Origin: Thermoanaerobaculia bacterium | Lineage (GTDB): Bacteria > Acidobacteriota > Thermoanaerobaculia > UBA5066 > Gp7-AA6 | Length of the DNA: 64,000 nucleotides | Assembly (NCBI GenBank): GCA_040879385.1 | Contig: JBBDKM010000029.1 | Location: forward strand, 27,661-91,660 | Reading direction: 5' to 3' | Shown here: piece by piece, positions 63,649-64,000 of the stretch | How the letters are laid out: each line of letters starts with the position of its first letter | How positions within the stretch are numbered: position 1 is the stretch's first letter | Translations under genes and position numbers: made by a program | Notes under the pieces: model-generated | Told to the model about the DNA's origin: nothing | The model's database searches: none | The model's input: only the letters and a program-made list of their open reading frames with translations

Positions 63649-64000
63649 CGACCACGCGGCGGTTCTTGGAGCGGCCTTCCCGGGTCTTGTTGGATTCGAC
63701 CGGCTCGGCCTTTCCGTAGGAAATCGTGGACATACGGTTGAGCGCCACGCCCTGTTTGTTCAGGTAGCGCCGCACCGTCTCGGCCCGAGCCTCACCCAGC
63801 CGGAGGTTCAGGGCGTCGGGCCCCGTCGCGTCGGTGTGTCCCTGGATCTCCAGGTACACGTTCTTGTTCTCCACCTTGAGCCGTTCGGCGAAGGCGTCGA
63901 GCTGCTCGCGGGCCTCGGCCGAGAGCTCGTGCTTGTTGACCGGAAACTTGACCGCGTCGTCCGAGAGCACCAGCGAGAAGATGAACTTGCCCTCGGCCAG
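63632..64000 (-). CDS. OmpA/MotB C-terminal domain protein (5' end outside the window)
   Basis: …KFPVNKHELSAEAREQLDAFAERL…EIQGHTDATGPDALNLRLGEARAETVRRYL…RRVVVIVLA. The frame stays open to position 64000. Confidence 0.85.
   Translation of the reverse strand: MAEGKFIFSLVLSDDAVKFPVNKHELSAEAREQLDAFAERLKVENKNVYLEIQGHTDATGPDALNLRLGEARAETVRRYLNKQGVALNRMSTISYGKAEPVESNKTREGRSKNRRVVVIVLA

Overview
This is a very GC-rich bacterial chromosomal segment. Family signatures (VWFA-related acidobacterial-type protein, GWxTD-like protein, DUF4388 proteins, long-form PstC/PstA) suggest Acidobacteriota or a close neighbour, but I cannot verify that here. I support about 51 protein-coding genes. I saw no rRNA, tRNA, CRISPR array, transposase or integrase. 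Many long ORFs in the supplied track are GC-driven antisense artefacts.

The main feature is a contiguous ~22-kb phosphate/polyphosphate super-locus (6925..28868). It contains DUF47-pit, phoR-phoB, pstSCAB, an OprO/P porin, CHAD-ppk1, a PHP phosphoesterase translationally coupled to a GT21-like glycosyltransferase, a small zinc-ribbon protein of unknown function, a HisJ-type PHP phosphatase, ppx-phoU and a second CHAD gene. Seven promoters in this locus carry direct repeats of a (C)TTCAC-type hexamer, in most arrays at an 11-bp spacing, which I interpret as Pho boxes.

The strongest candidate for an undescribed system is the Pho-box-preceded PHP + GT21 pair, possibly with the upstream zinc-ribbon gene. 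It may be a non-canonical phosphate-starvation lipid-remodelling module.

Other notable items:
- a Rieske oxygenase / GcvT-like / two tandem PYROXD2-like flavoenzyme cluster sharing a palindromic divergent promoter
- a DUF1844 / TPR-zinc-ribbon membrane protein / DUF4388-TM-pseudopilin-like operon upstream of dnaK-hsp20-hspR
- a heptanucleotide tandem repeat between two envelope-modifying genes
- a frameshifted secreted serine protease
- a recurrent leaderless-mRNA promoter architecture
- several structured intergenic elements

All calls come from reading the translations and sequence by eye. No searches or computations were run.
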